A stretch of DNA of 62,444 bases, the filler included. It is 6 parts of 6 records of this genome, joined end to end, with 100 filler letters (N's around TTAATTAATTAA, not from the genome) between each part and the next. Parts side by side here need not be neighbours in the genome. Positions count along the whole stretch, not along the records: positions 27,159 to 35,758 come from SRR20825006_2924; positions 35,859 to 41,666 come from SRR20825006_2925; 4 more parts are not named here. The stretch is one strand, 5' to 3'. Under the pieces are notes generated by a model. It was given only the letters and a program-made list of their open reading frames with translations. It was not told where the DNA came from and made no database searches. Below are positions 28,431 through 37,941 of the stretch, piece after piece; position 1 is the stretch's first letter, and every line of letters starts with the position of its first letter. Made by a program: the position numbers and the translations under genes.

Positions 28431-29699
28431 TTATATCGTGTCGAGTTCGTCTTCGATCTCTGCGAGCGCCTGGATCAGGATCTCCTCTCCCTGGAGCAGG
28501 AGGTCGTTGGCGTCCTTCGCTCCATCGATGCTCGGCGTGGTGTAGACGTGCAGGTGCGCCTCACACCACGCCTCTCCATGTTGCTCGAGCGCCGCGGCGC
28601 GAATGCGCTCCACGAACTTGTCGGCGGCGTCGACGTTTGTCGGATCGTGATCCTTGAGGATGACCACGTGAGGAAGCTCGGCCCAACCTTCGACCCATTC
28701 GGGGCGCCAGGAGAGGGCGCCTGGAGCACCGATCGCGGCTCTTCCAACACTTCGGATACTGAGCGTGTCGAGCTCTCCTTCGACCACCCAGAGGATCCCT
28801 TTATGTGGTCCACACGCGTTTGGGAGTCCTTCGGGGGTCGCCAGGAAGGGGTTCTCGACTTGGTTGATGCTGCCGCGAAGGGAGAGATATTTGACGCCAC
28901 CATAGGTCGTGTCGTGGCTCAGGCGGCGAAACCGCAACCCCTCGCATCTTCCTTCGCGCCAGGAGGGTATGAGCAGCAAGTATTCGACGTAGGGGTGCGC
29001 CATTCCGCTGTTCGTCAACACGCCACACGCCGCCAGGGTTTCGTCATCCCATTTCTCTCGGGCAGCCTCGACCTGCTTTGACCAGCGATCATAGTGCGCC
29101 GAGACGAGCCCGTGCGCTCTGGCGAGCGCTGCGCTCAAGCCGCGTCGCTCGAGGTAGTAGCTGCCGGTGGGCGTGAGCGTCAGCGTCGAGATGAGGTCTG
29201 CCCAGACCGCCGGTGCGTCCGGGTGTTGCGCGCTGCGCTCGAGCGCAGCGCTGCTGACGCTGGCGCCAGAGAAATCTGGCACCTGCGCGCTCGACGCGCG
29301 CCATCGTGTGGACGCAGCCCTGGCCTGACCCTCCAGCCTGATGCGTTCGGAGTCCATGAAGGCTTCGAGCTCGGCGTCATAGTCGATCCCCAGAAGTTCG
29401 AGCGCGCGTCGGATCTGAGCATCGAAGCCGCTGACACCCTCGAGGAGCTCGATCAAATCGAAGATGTCCCCATTGATACCGCACGAGAAGCAGTTGTAGT
29501 GCGTGTCGCGGATCGAACAGGAGGGGTTGCGATCCTCGTGCGTCGGCGAGGGGCAGCGGATGTTGAATTGCGTGCGGTTGTGGCTCCCCCTGGGCGCGAG
29601 CCCCTGGATGCGAACAAACTCGGTGCAGGTGAGCTCGAGCGCTCGCGCCTTGATCTCGCGATTAAACAGATCCCACTGAAATCCTTCCTTGTGAGCCAT
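28431..29699 (-). CDS. CHC2 zinc-finger plus TOPRIM primase-like protein
   Basis: CPSPTHEDRNPSC...CFSCG, YLERRG, VVEGELD, KDHD and KDAND. ATG at 29699 with an AGGAGA RBS is preferred over 29861, which would overlap the nitrilase. Confidence 0.82.
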   Translation of the reverse strand: MAHKEGFQWDLFNREIKARALELTCTEFVRIQGLAPRGSHNRTQFNIRCPSPTHEDRNPSCSIRDTHYNCFSCGINGDIFDLIELLEGVSGFDAQIRRALELLGIDYDAELEAFMDSERIRLEGQARAASTRWRASSAQVPDFSGASVSSAALERSAQHPDAPAVWADLISTLTLTPTGSYYLERRGLSAALARAHGLVSAHYDRWSKQVEAAREKWDDETLAACGVLTNSGMAHPYVEYLLLIPSWREGRCEGLRFRRLSHDTTYGGVKYLSLRGSINQVENPFLATPEGLPNACGPHKGILWVVEGELDTLSIRSVGRAAIGAPGALSWRPEWVEGWAELPHVVILKDHDPTNVDAADKFVERIRAAALEQHGEAWCEAHLHVYTTPSIDGAKDANDLLLQGEEILIQALAEIEDELDTI

Positions 29700-29727
29700 C
29701 GCGTCTTCTCCTCGCTTCGCCGCGAGC

Positions 29728-30429
29728 TCAGCTCGCAGCAGATGGTAAATCGATGACGAGCAAGCCAGGTTGGGTTCCAAGGTGCTCACGATCCGCGCCA
29801 TCGACATCAAACCAGCCAGAGCCTCCCGCGGCAACAAAACCTTCACACGGTCCTGCTCCATTCACCAGGAGCGTGGGGGTGTGATGAGCGCGTGAATGTT
29901 CGGAGAGCGCGCTCCTGGCGCGCTCGAGCCCGCGAGCGTGTTTGGCGACAGAGGCGATGATCAGATGCGGCGAATGGGAGGTGATGCGTTGCCGGTGCTC
30001 GGGGATGAAGAGCTCGTAGCAAATGGCAATCCCGACACGCGTTTCGCCGCATTCCAGAAGCGGCTCGCGGTCTCCTTCGACGAAGAAGGGCGTCTCGTCC
30101 TCGTGCAGGTGGCGCTTGGCATACCAACAGGTTCTCCGACCCGGATCGATCGAGAGCGTGGCGATGAGCACGCCCGCATCAGTCGCGAGCGGCGCCCCGA
30201 CGAGGGCCGATATGGCGTTTGCCTGGCACGCTTCTTCGAGCGCGGTGATGCGCATCTCATCCAACCTGAGCGGCGCCTGCGTTGCCGTTGTGGGGTGGTA
30301 TCCCGTCAATGAAAGCTCTGGGAACGCGACCAGAGCACAACCTTCTTTTGCTGCAGCAGTGATCGCATCGATATGACGCTCGAGAAGATCGCGAGGGTCT
30401 GAGGAGAGTTGAGCGAGCGCGATACGCAT
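29728..30429 (-). CDS. Carbon-nitrogen hydrolase (nitrilase superfamily)
   Basis: MRIALAQ, FPELSLTGY, YAKRHL and ICYE provide the E-K-C triad. Confidence 0.88.
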   Translation of the reverse strand: MRIALAQLSSDPRDLLERHIDAITAAAKEGCALVAFPELSLTGYHPTTATQAPLRLDEMRITALEEACQANAISALVGAPLATDAGVLIATLSIDPGRRTCWYAKRHLHEDETPFFVEGDREPLLECGETRVGIAICYELFIPEHRQRITSHSPHLIIASVAKHARGLERARSALSEHSRAHHTPTLLVNGAGPCEGFVAAGGSGWFDVDGADREHLGTQPGLLVIDLPSAAS

Positions 30430-30459
30430 GAGGAGCTCCTCGTCGCGTGGCATTTCGGG

Positions 30460-31824
30460 CTAGCGAAAGACGATGACTGCGTTTTGGTGATTGTTCGGTT
30501 CATAGAGTACACCGACAGGATCACCAGCGACGAAGAATCGCCCTCCCTGAGCACCGACGGGCGTCGCGTTGCGGTAGGTCTTGCCATCGACTTCGTAGCG
30601 AAAGATGGCGTTGTTGCCAGCCGTGTTGTTGTTCAAGGAGCCACCCGAGCCAAGGATCTGCCCCCGAGTGTAGACGCCATGAACAAAGAGGTCGTGGTAT
30701 TTTCTCTTACGAGAGTTCCAGATACCTCCGGCGATGAGCAACCAGATGCCTCCCGTGCAGGTCAGGAGCATGAGAAACAGCAAGAAGCCGCCAGCCGAGG
30801 AGCTGTTCACCTTCGAGCCTGCGGCCTCGAAGTGTCCGCCGATGTTTGTCGAGAAGAACTCGGGGACGAGCATCTTGTAGATTTCTTTATCAGGGCCATT
30901 TGGATCGCGTGGCGGCGAGCCGAGGGTGACGACTTCGGGGTGATCGCCACCTGCTGGAACAAGCGCCTGGCTTGGCGCGGTCGAGGTGGGAACGAGCGCT
31001 GTGTTCTGGGACGCGGCCATGAGGATCGCGCGAGCTTCGAGCGCGGACTGAGGGCGCGCGGAGGCTGCGGTCTCGAGGCATCGATCGAGCAGAGAGCGGA
31101 TCTCAGGAGAGCAGGGGAGGTTCTCGGGGACCTCGACCCTGCCATCATCGAAGGGAAACTCGGAGGGGTGCTTCCCGGTGATGACGTGGAGCAGCGTCGC
31201 GCCCAATGCGTAGAGATCGCTCGCGGCGCTGACCTTGCCCATGTATTGCTCGGGCGGCATGTACCCGTGAGTTCCAGCGACGGTCGAGCCCTGCTCATCT
31301 TTTTCCCTCCAACCATCGCATACGCTCCCGAAGTCGATCAGCACGGGCGCGCCCATCGGTTTGATGATGATGTTGGAGGGTTTGATATCGCGGTGGTAGA
31401 CAGGCGGAGATTGGCTATGGAGGTGGTGGAGGATATCGAGCGAGCCGAGCACGATTTGCATCAGCTCTGGAGGCGCGTGCCGCGAGCCCTCGTCGAGCAT
31501 CTGGCGCAGTGACTTTCCGGGGATGTACTCCTGGACGAGGAAGAAGGTGCTCGGTCCATCCTCGGGTTCCTGACGAAAGACCTCGTAGTAGTCGGGGATG
31601 CCGCTGTGCGAGAGGCTCTCGAGGACGCGCGCCTCGCGCTCGAAGAGCTCGAAGGATTTCCAGACATCGAGCTCTGTGAGGCGCATCGCCTTGATGGCGA
31701 CATCTCTGGATTCCTGAAGATCCTGACACAGGTAAGTCGTGGCGAAGGCTCCTCGCCCCAGCGCGCGCTCGACGCTATAGCGCTCGTCCAGCAGTGTTCC
31801 CACCTCGAGCGTGTTGGCTCCCAT
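30460..31824 (-). CDS. Membrane-anchored Hanks-type Ser/Thr protein kinase
   Basis: LGRGAFA, VAIK, HRDIKPSN, DFG, GTHGYMPPEQ and SDLYALG, followed by a TM helix and a small C-terminal beta domain. Confidence 0.92.
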   Translation of the reverse strand: MGANTLEVGTLLDERYSVERALGRGAFATTYLCQDLQESRDVAIKAMRLTELDVWKSFELFEREARVLESLSHSGIPDYYEVFRQEPEDGPSTFFLVQEYIPGKSLRQMLDEGSRHAPPELMQIVLGSLDILHHLHSQSPPVYHRDIKPSNIIIKPMGAPVLIDFGSVCDGWREKDEQGSTVAGTHGYMPPEQYMGKVSAASDLYALGATLLHVITGKHPSEFPFDDGRVEVPENLPCSPEIRSLLDRCLETAASARPQSALEARAILMAASQNTALVPTSTAPSQALVPAGGDHPEVVTLGSPPRDPNGPDKEIYKMLVPEFFSTNIGGHFEAAGSKVNSSSAGGFLLFLMLLTCTGGIWLLIAGGIWNSRKRKYHDLFVHGVYTRGQILGSGGSLNNNTAGNNAIFRYEVDGKTYRNATPVGAQGGRFFVAGDPVGVLYEPNNHQNAVIVFR

Positions 31825-32073
31825 GCGGTCGCTCCTTCTTCGGTGATGTGTAGGGCAAGGAGAGCACCCGGAGCTGCTCCGAGACGATGCCGACAAGCAC
31901 ATCGCGTGTGTCATCGATGCGAGTTCCTGTGCGTTGTTTTGACGTACAGCACCCCATGTCGAAAATCCACTGACAAACCGCGAAAAGCCGCCCGGGTGTA
32001 GCCCGGGCGGCTAGAGTCCTCTCCATGTTTTGGAGCACGTGATGTGTATTGCATCGCGTGTCCGCGAGGCGGT

Positions 32074-32595
32074 TTAGTCAGGGGGGAGGTTGCGATCGAA
32101 GGTTCCCGAGAGCTGGTAACTGCTCGTGCCCTCGCTGCCAGTGCAAAGCACGCTCAGGTTGAAGGTTCCCTTGACGCCACCGGCGCCGTTGCTGTCGAGC
32201 GTGATGGTGTGTGTGCTCGTTCCGCAGTCGCCTTCACCATCCTCGGCGATACGCACGGAGACAGAAGCCTCGGTCACGCCTGTGAAGTCACCGGTCTGTC
32301 CGCTGCCAGCGGACTTGAGGTCGAGCAGAATGCGCGTGTCTTCCATGCTGCCGGTGTACGTCTCGGCATCCGGGGTGAGCACGATCGTCAGCTTGTCCGG
32401 TGAGGAGGTGGTGGCGAGTACGGCGTCGCCTGAAAACATGGCGCTGACATCTCCGGAGGCGGTCGCCGTCCAGCTCGACACGAGCTCGGAGGGGGTCGTC
32501 GTATTTTTGCCGTCCTCATCATCTCCGCATGACGTGAAGAAGAGAGCGAGCAACGCCGATGAGATGAGGGTGATACAGGTCGATGTTTGGCGCAT
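32074..32595 (-). CDS. Hypothetical lipoprotein
   Basis: Signal LLALFFTS-C followed by GDDED; Ser/Thr/Gly-rich beta domain. Confidence 0.7.
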   Translation of the reverse strand: MRQTSTCITLISSALLALFFTSCGDDEDGKNTTTPSELVSSWTATASGDVSAMFSGDAVLATTSSPDKLTIVLTPDAETYTGSMEDTRILLDLKSAGSGQTGDFTGVTEASVSVRIAEDGEGDCGTSTHTITLDSNGAGGVKGTFNLSVLCTGSEGTSSYQLSGTFDRNLPPD

Positions 32596-32843
32596 GATGA
32601 TCCTTATTTGAAGAGTCACATGAAGTGATACTTGAGACGCGCCCGAAGGTATGACAACGGCGTTGTCGACAGGGAGGCCATCTCCTGTCCGCTCGATCAT
32701 CACGCCTCGAACTCGAAGCGCGTCATTCTGTGCGTCGTCTACACGGATCATGATCATCACGCGAGGCTTGTTCAAGCAAGAAGTTACTCGGGAGGCGAGG
32801 TGGAGCGAGCATGTCGCTGAGTGCAGATTTATCGGCAGTTATA

Positions 32844-32871
32844 TAGTCTGATAATGATAATTATGTTTACT
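32844..32871. other. dif-like XerC/XerD recombination site
   Basis: TAGTCTGATAA-TGATAA-TTATGTTTACT fits the 11-6-11 dif layout (ATAA-N6-TTATG; E. coli GGTGCGCATAA TGTATA TTATGTTAAAT). It lies in an AT-rich intergenic patch. Confidence 0.65.
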
Positions 32872-33157
32872 AAATTGAAATTTCAGACCAATGAGATAGT
32901 CAAAAACTACATAACCTACGCCGTGATGACGAGGTACGCGTCGAGGACAAGCTCTTCGCGCTCGAGCACCTGTTGCTCTCGATACGGATAAGAGCCAATG
33001 TCATCGCTACAAGCACTCTAAAGATAAGGCAGAGATCCCCTGGATGAGGCCATGGCGCGGTGTGAAGGTGTCGCGCTAACCTGAGATCGAGACCAAGGGG
33101 GTGGCTCCAGTTGTGTGAAGCCATATCCTGATCGAGAACCAGAAAGGAGCAGAGAAG

Positions 33158-33751
33158 ATGTGGGACGAGCGATATTCAGAGGCATTCGCAGCGTATGGCA
33201 AACAACCCAATGACTGGCTGCGAGAGGTCGCCGAACAGATCCCCGAAGGGCCCGTATTGTGTCTCGCCGAGGGCGAGGGGCGTAACGCTGTGTTCGTGGC
33301 AGAGCTCGGTCACGCGGTCACGGCTGTGGATCAATCGAGCGTCGGGTTGCAAAATGCCGCAGAGCTCGCCAGCGAGCGCGGCGTGTCGCTGACGACGATC
33401 ACCGCAGATCTCGCGGACTTTGACCTCGGTGAGAATCAGTGGGCGGGGATCATTTCGATCTGGGCACATGTGCCCAAGCCACTGCGCGAGAAGCTGCACG
33501 CGGCGTGCGTCGATGCGCTGGTGCCCGGAGGAGTGTTTATCCTCGAGGCGTACACACCTCGCCAACTACAACAGCCCGGCGTCGGCGGTCCTCCCACCGA
33601 AGCGTTGCTCATGACACCGGAATCACTCGAAGCAGAGCTCGCCGGGCTCGAGTTGCTTCACTGCGCCGAGATCGATCGCGATGTACAAGAGGGGCGGTAT
33701 CACACCGGGCTCTCGTCCACCGTGCAGGTGCTCGCTAAAAAGCCAGCCTGA
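33158..33751 (+). CDS. Class I SAM-dependent methyltransferase (TehB-like)
   Basis: MWDERYS...YG..PN, LCLAEGEGRNAV and LVPGGVFILEAY. Confidence 0.88.
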   Translation: MWDERYSEAFAAYGKQPNDWLREVAEQIPEGPVLCLAEGEGRNAVFVAELGHAVTAVDQSSVGLQNAAELASERGVSLTTITADLADFDLGENQWAGIISIWAHVPKPLREKLHAACVDALVPGGVFILEAYTPRQLQQPGVGGPPTEALLMTPESLEAELAGLELLHCAEIDRDVQEGRYHTGLSSTVQVLAKKPA

Positions 33752-33759
33752 TGGCTGGT

Positions 33760-34590
33760 TCAGGGCAAAAACTGCGACCACACGGGGCGCGTGAACAACA
33801 GCGCGAGGAACATCATCGCGGGTCCGCGCTTGTTCTTGCTCCAGAGGAACTCGAACTGACCGCGAAGAAACTTCGGGCCAAGAAACGCGTCGGCCAATTG
33901 CCTCGACTCGCGCGCGTTGATTTCCTTTAACTCCTCGCGCGTGAATCCCGCGCGATACGAGCGCTCGCGGCCCTGCTCGATCCACTCGAGCGCGAGCGCT
34001 CTGGCCTCTTCGAGCAAATCATCGTGCGCGACGACGTGTGTCGCCAACCCGATGTCGGCGGCCTCCTTTCCTGTCGGTTGCCACCCCTCCTTGCCGAGCA
34101 TCCTCCAGGCGGTCTCTTCGCCCATCAACGCCGGGAACATCTCGCTCGAGCATCCCTCCGGGGTCACACCGAGCTTTGCGAATGGCGTCGAGAACGTCGC
34201 CTTCTCGGACGCCATCAGGGCGTCACACAGCGTCGCAGAGGTCACGCTCGCGCCGATCGCTGGACCGTTGGCGGCGATGATGATCGGCTTGGGGAAGTCG
34301 ATAAACATGTCGAACAACCCCTGGTTCTGCTCGATGATAAAGGCGTGCAGTTTTGCCGGGTGATCGAGCTTGATCACCGCGCTCAGGTTCACGCCCGCGC
34401 AGTAGTAAGGATCTGCACCGGTCAGGATCAGGACGCTCGTGTCAGGATCATTGGCCGCGTCCGTCATCGCGTCGCGTAGCGCCATCATCATATCCATCGT
34501 CCAGCCGTTAAGCCGCCGAGGCATGTTCAATGTAAGGGTGGTGACGTTGTCGCGGGTCTCTCTCAAGACCAGATCTTCTCGTGCGCTCAT
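33760..34590 (-). CDS. Enoyl-CoA hydratase/isomerase family protein
   Basis: YCAGVNL, FPKPIIIAANGPAIG and PFAKLGVTPEG. Confidence 0.88.
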   Translation of the reverse strand: MSAREDLVLRETRDNVTTLTLNMPRRLNGWTMDMMMALRDAMTDAANDPDTSVLILTGADPYYCAGVNLSAVIKLDHPAKLHAFIIEQNQGLFDMFIDFPKPIIIAANGPAIGASVTSATLCDALMASEKATFSTPFAKLGVTPEGCSSEMFPALMGEETAWRMLGKEGWQPTGKEAADIGLATHVVAHDDLLEEARALALEWIEQGRERSYRAGFTREELKEINARESRQLADAFLGPKFLRGQFEFLWSKNKRGPAMMFLALLFTRPVWSQFLP

Positions 34591-34812
34591 CGGTATCCTC
34601 GCAGGTCAAGTTGTCGACCCGAACCTCATATACCATTTCCATGTTCACGTCATGTCATCGCGCTGTGATTGCTCTATGGTTTGCGTACACGCAAACCAGC
34701 GCTGGCTTTTTGAGAGTGGTGATGCGTGATCGCCATCCTTACGCTCGCGTATGCTGCGTTGCCTGGAAGTTGGCGGGCGAAGGTCAGGTTCGCGATCCGA
34801 AAAGAGGCAGAT

Positions 34813-35673
34813 ATGAGCTCTTATGATTGGAGAGATCTTCAACTCGTCGCGGCGGTGAGTGAACACGGTTCGCTCACCGCCGCGGGCAAGGCGTTGAACG
34901 TCGCGCCATCCACCATCTCCAGGCGTCTGGATGCGCTGGAAGCTTCCCTCGGCGTGGAGTTGTTTTCGAGGCACCCCAACGGATACACGCTCACGGAGCG
35001 TGGAAATCACCTCGTCAAGGCGCTCTCGCCGATGCTCGAAGGCGCCGAGGAGTGGGCGCGCCGAGCGTTTAGCTCCGAGATCCAGGAGTTCTCGTATGTG
35101 AAGCTCTCCGCGCCATCGCTTGTGCTCGCGCAGATGAGCGGACTGTTCGCCGAGTTCTTCGAGGAACACCCGAACATCAAGCTCACGATCCTCGAAGAGA
35201 ATGACATCTCGGATCTTGGCCAGGGCGGCGCAGACCTCGCCATTCGCGTGATCCACCAGCCAGAAGATCATCTGTGGGGCTACTTCCTCGGAGAGATCGA
35301 GCTCGCGGTCGCGGCCTCGCCAGAATACCTCTCCTCCTTGAACTCGATGGAGGACGCGCGCTGGATCGTCAACGATTACAGCGTCGCCAAGAAGACCGTC
35401 TCTCGCTGGGAGCGCTCCAGCGTCGATCCTTCAAAACAACTCGTCGAGACCAACTCTCGTCATGTCGCGCTCGAGCTCGTTCGGCTCGGCTGCGGTCTGG
35501 GCGTGTTGCCAAAGCATGTCGTCGAGCTCGACCCTTTGCTCGTCGTGGCTCGGGAGATCGAACTCGAGCACCCGCTGCGGTTGTGGTTTCTCACCCTCCC
35601 CGAGCGCAAGGATGACCCGGAGCTCCAGAAGGTGATGCGCTTCTTTGCTGCAAAGGGTCGGCTGTTGCTTTGA
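34813..35673 (+). CDS. LysR family transcriptional regulator
   Basis: GSLTAAGKALNVAPSTISRRLDALE HTH and DLAIR; ATG after a GAGG RBS. Confidence 0.92.
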   Translation: MSSYDWRDLQLVAAVSEHGSLTAAGKALNVAPSTISRRLDALEASLGVELFSRHPNGYTLTERGNHLVKALSPMLEGAEEWARRAFSSEIQEFSYVKLSAPSLVLAQMSGLFAEFFEEHPNIKLTILEENDISDLGQGGADLAIRVIHQPEDHLWGYFLGEIELAVAASPEYLSSLNSMEDARWIVNDYSVAKKTVSRWERSSVDPSKQLVETNSRHVALELVRLGCGLGVLPKHVVELDPLLVVAREIELEHPLRLWFLTLPERKDDPELQKVMRFFAAKGRLLL

Positions 35674-35728
35674 GGGGAGTGCTCCAGTGATTTTCTGCTC
35701 CACCGAGCGTGGTGCCGAGCAAGCGAAG

Positions 35729-35748
35729 GAGGGTGTTGAAGATATTCG
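35729..35748. repeat. 20-bp IS/MITE-like terminal repeat near the contig end
   Basis: GAGGGTGTTGAAGATATTCG, the inverted copy of 27700-27719. Confidence 0.7.
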
Positions 35749-35758
35749 GACCGAGTCT

Positions 35759-35858
35759 NNNNNNNNNNNNNNNNNNNNNNNNNNNNNNNNNNNNNNNNNN
35801 NNTTAATTAATTAANNNNNNNNNNNNNNNNNNNNNNNNNNNNNNNNNNNNNNNNNNNN
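35759..35858. other. Artificial contig spacer
   Basis: N44-TTAATTAATTAA-N44. Confidence 0.98.
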
Positions 35859-35913
35859 CCGCGTATACGTGATCAATAAAAAGAACCCGCGTTTCAAGGC
35901 GCGCCAGGGTTAA
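35859..35913 (+). CDS. rpmJ: 50S ribosomal protein L36 (Cys-minus type), 3' part
   Basis: Translates as RVYVINKKNPRFKARQG*. Confidence 0.9.
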
Positions 35914-35941
35914 TTCCCGGTACCTTGTTCTCTCAGGTTTT

Positions 35942-35980
35942 ACAAAACGCCGCATCGGTTTATCCAATGCGGCGTTTTGT
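35942..35980. terminator. Bidirectional intrinsic terminator
   Basis: ACAAAACGCCGCAT...ATGCGGCGTTTTGT between convergent rpmJ and cyclase genes. Confidence 0.8.
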
Positions 35981-36005
35981 GTTTTGCGGCTTGCCAACCC
36001 TTTTC

Positions 36006-37847
36006 TTAATCAATGCCATCTATCGGAATGGTATAGACAGCAGTTGTTTCGCTGCGTCCGCGCAGCAGAATTTCATCGGCAAGGCGGGCCTGGGCCGGGT
36101 CTGAAAGCTGATCGAATGTGGTGCTTGCGATCAGGATGCGTGTGCCCAGTTCCTTGTTTTTGGCTTCCAGTCGGGCGGCACTGTTGACCGCATCGCCATG
36201 CACGGTAAATGTCAGCCGATCCGGTGCGCCGACATTGCCCGCCACCAACAGGCCGGTATTGATCCCGCAACGACAGCGCAGTTCTTCGCCGTCAAAAAGA
36301 TCATTGTGAACCAGTTTTTGCAGGGCCACAGCCGTGCGGACCGCCGCATCGGCGTGATCGGGCACTTCGTCAAAGGCATTGAACACGGCAAGGATGGCAT
36401 CGCCCTGGAACTGGGTAATGATGCCGCCATTTTGTTCGATGATTGCCGTTGCCTTGGCAAAATAGGCATTCAGGATGGTGACGATCCGTTGCGGGGCGAT
36501 CTTTTCGCTTAGGGTCGTAAAGCCGACCAGATCGACAAACAGGATGGATGCCTCGCACTGGCGGGATTGGATGTTGCCGGTGTCATCGTCAGAGGCCAGC
36601 AATTGCTGGGCGATGGCCGTTGGCAGGAATTTGCCAAACAGCCGTCCGATGCGTTCGCGGTCACGCAGGGTGATGGCCATATTGTTGAATGATCGTGATG
36701 CATCGTTAAATTCGATGATATGGCTGCCGGGTAGGATCGGCAGATCGTCAAGCATGCCGGTTTCAAGTTGCCTTGTTGCGGCGGAAAACCGTTTCAGCGG
36801 GCGCGTGAAATAATGCGCGATCATGACGGCCAGTATGATCGCAAGAACCATGATTGCCGTTCCGATCAGTGTCGCGAGCTTCAGGCGTTCCCATTCGCGG
36901 GTAAAAACGGTCGGATCAAAATGCATGCCCATTACAATTGGAAGACCCGCCGATTCTTCAAATTTCCGGGTGATGATAACGTGGTATCCGCCCGCGGTTT
37001 CGAGTGCCGAGGCCGTCGAACCATTGGTTCCATCAGGTGTTCGGCCGTCGTTGAAATCAAATGTCTGCCACTGGTCCATCTGTGCAAGAACCGGATCGGC
37101 AAGGTCGTCGATACGGGGCAGGACGCCAAGAACATCATCGGTTCCAAGATTTGCGGGCGGGTGCAACTGGTGCCAGTCGGGCAAGGCGGGATGGGCAATG
37201 ACATGATCATTGACGATGACAAATGGCGTGCGTCCGGCCTCTGTCGGGTCCGTTTTCAGATCGCGTGAAAAATCGCCAAGTGATACAAGCTGCACAAGCG
37301 ATCCGATATATTCCCCCCTTTGAAACAGCGGGATCATTTCGGTGATCACGACCTGATTGACCAGGCTGTTCCAGCGTGGAAACTGCGTGATGCTTTGGCC
37401 CGGGCCAAAGGCGATCAGGGATCGGGCGATGATGTCTTCCTGGGGATCGGCCTGGCGCGAGACAGTCCTGTCCGTCTTTGGATCGTACCACCGGAAACGA
37501 CCATCGGGCATCAGAAGCCCGATGGCGGTCACATCGAGTTCATTGGTCACAAGGGCCGCCAGGGTATTGTCCCAGATGGCAGTGTCATCGGGTGAAAGAT
37601 CGCCATTTGCCACTTCGCGGGCGACCCAGATATTGCGGCGTTGCATCCGTTCGATCCGGTTGCGCATGGCATTTTGCGCGTCTTTCAGGTCGGCATGGGT
37701 CATCGCAATCCATAGATTGCGGGTGTTGTCATAAGCCGTATCAAGGCCAAGGCGAAGTGCAAGCCCCACACCGAGTACGCTGGTCATAAAAAACGCGCCC
37801 AGCAATACGCCAAGTATCGAAAAACGCCCCCTGCGTTTGGTCATCAT
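36006..37847 (-). CDS. Class III nucleotidyl cyclase (TM-periplasmic sensor-TM-HAMP-cyclase)
   Basis: LFVDLVGFT, QFQGDA, GINTG and TVHGDAVNSAARLE. Confidence 0.9.
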   Translation of the reverse strand: MMTKRRGRFSILGVLLGAFFMTSVLGVGLALRLGLDTAYDNTRNLWIAMTHADLKDAQNAMRNRIERMQRRNIWVAREVANGDLSPDDTAIWDNTLAALVTNELDVTAIGLLMPDGRFRWYDPKTDRTVSRQADPQEDIIARSLIAFGPGQSITQFPRWNSLVNQVVITEMIPLFQRGEYIGSLVQLVSLGDFSRDLKTDPTEAGRTPFVIVNDHVIAHPALPDWHQLHPPANLGTDDVLGVLPRIDDLADPVLAQMDQWQTFDFNDGRTPDGTNGSTASALETAGGYHVIITRKFEESAGLPIVMGMHFDPTVFTREWERLKLATLIGTAIMVLAIILAVMIAHYFTRPLKRFSAATRQLETGMLDDLPILPGSHIIEFNDASRSFNNMAITLRDRERIGRLFGKFLPTAIAQQLLASDDDTGNIQSRQCEASILFVDLVGFTTLSEKIAPQRIVTILNAYFAKATAIIEQNGGIITQFQGDAILAVFNAFDEVPDHADAAVRTAVALQKLVHNDLFDGEELRCRCGINTGLLVAGNVGAPDRLTFTVHGDAVNSAARLEAKNKELGTRILIASTTFDQLSDPAQARLADEILLRGRSETTAVYTIPIDGID

Positions 37848-37941
37848 ATTCCCCGTATGCCCCCAATGGCCCGGTTTGTTTTTCCGGGTTATCGGCAAAG
37901 CTTACTGATGATTGAACGCAATGAAAAGCATATCGCGCGGG

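Noticed and set aside
29700-29861. N-terminal extension of the primase-like ORF to 29861
   Set aside because: It would overlap the nitrilase by 134 nt, and a good RBS plus ATG exists at 29699.
32850-32868. Fur box GATAATGATAATTATGTTT (15/19 to the E. coli consensus)
   Set aside because: The same bases fit the dif 11-6-11 layout better and no iron genes are adjacent. It is not fully excluded.
27159-35758. Intact prophage or plasmid replicon
   Set aside because: No integrase, helicase, structural or partition genes are seen. Only a primase-like gene and cis-elements are present.
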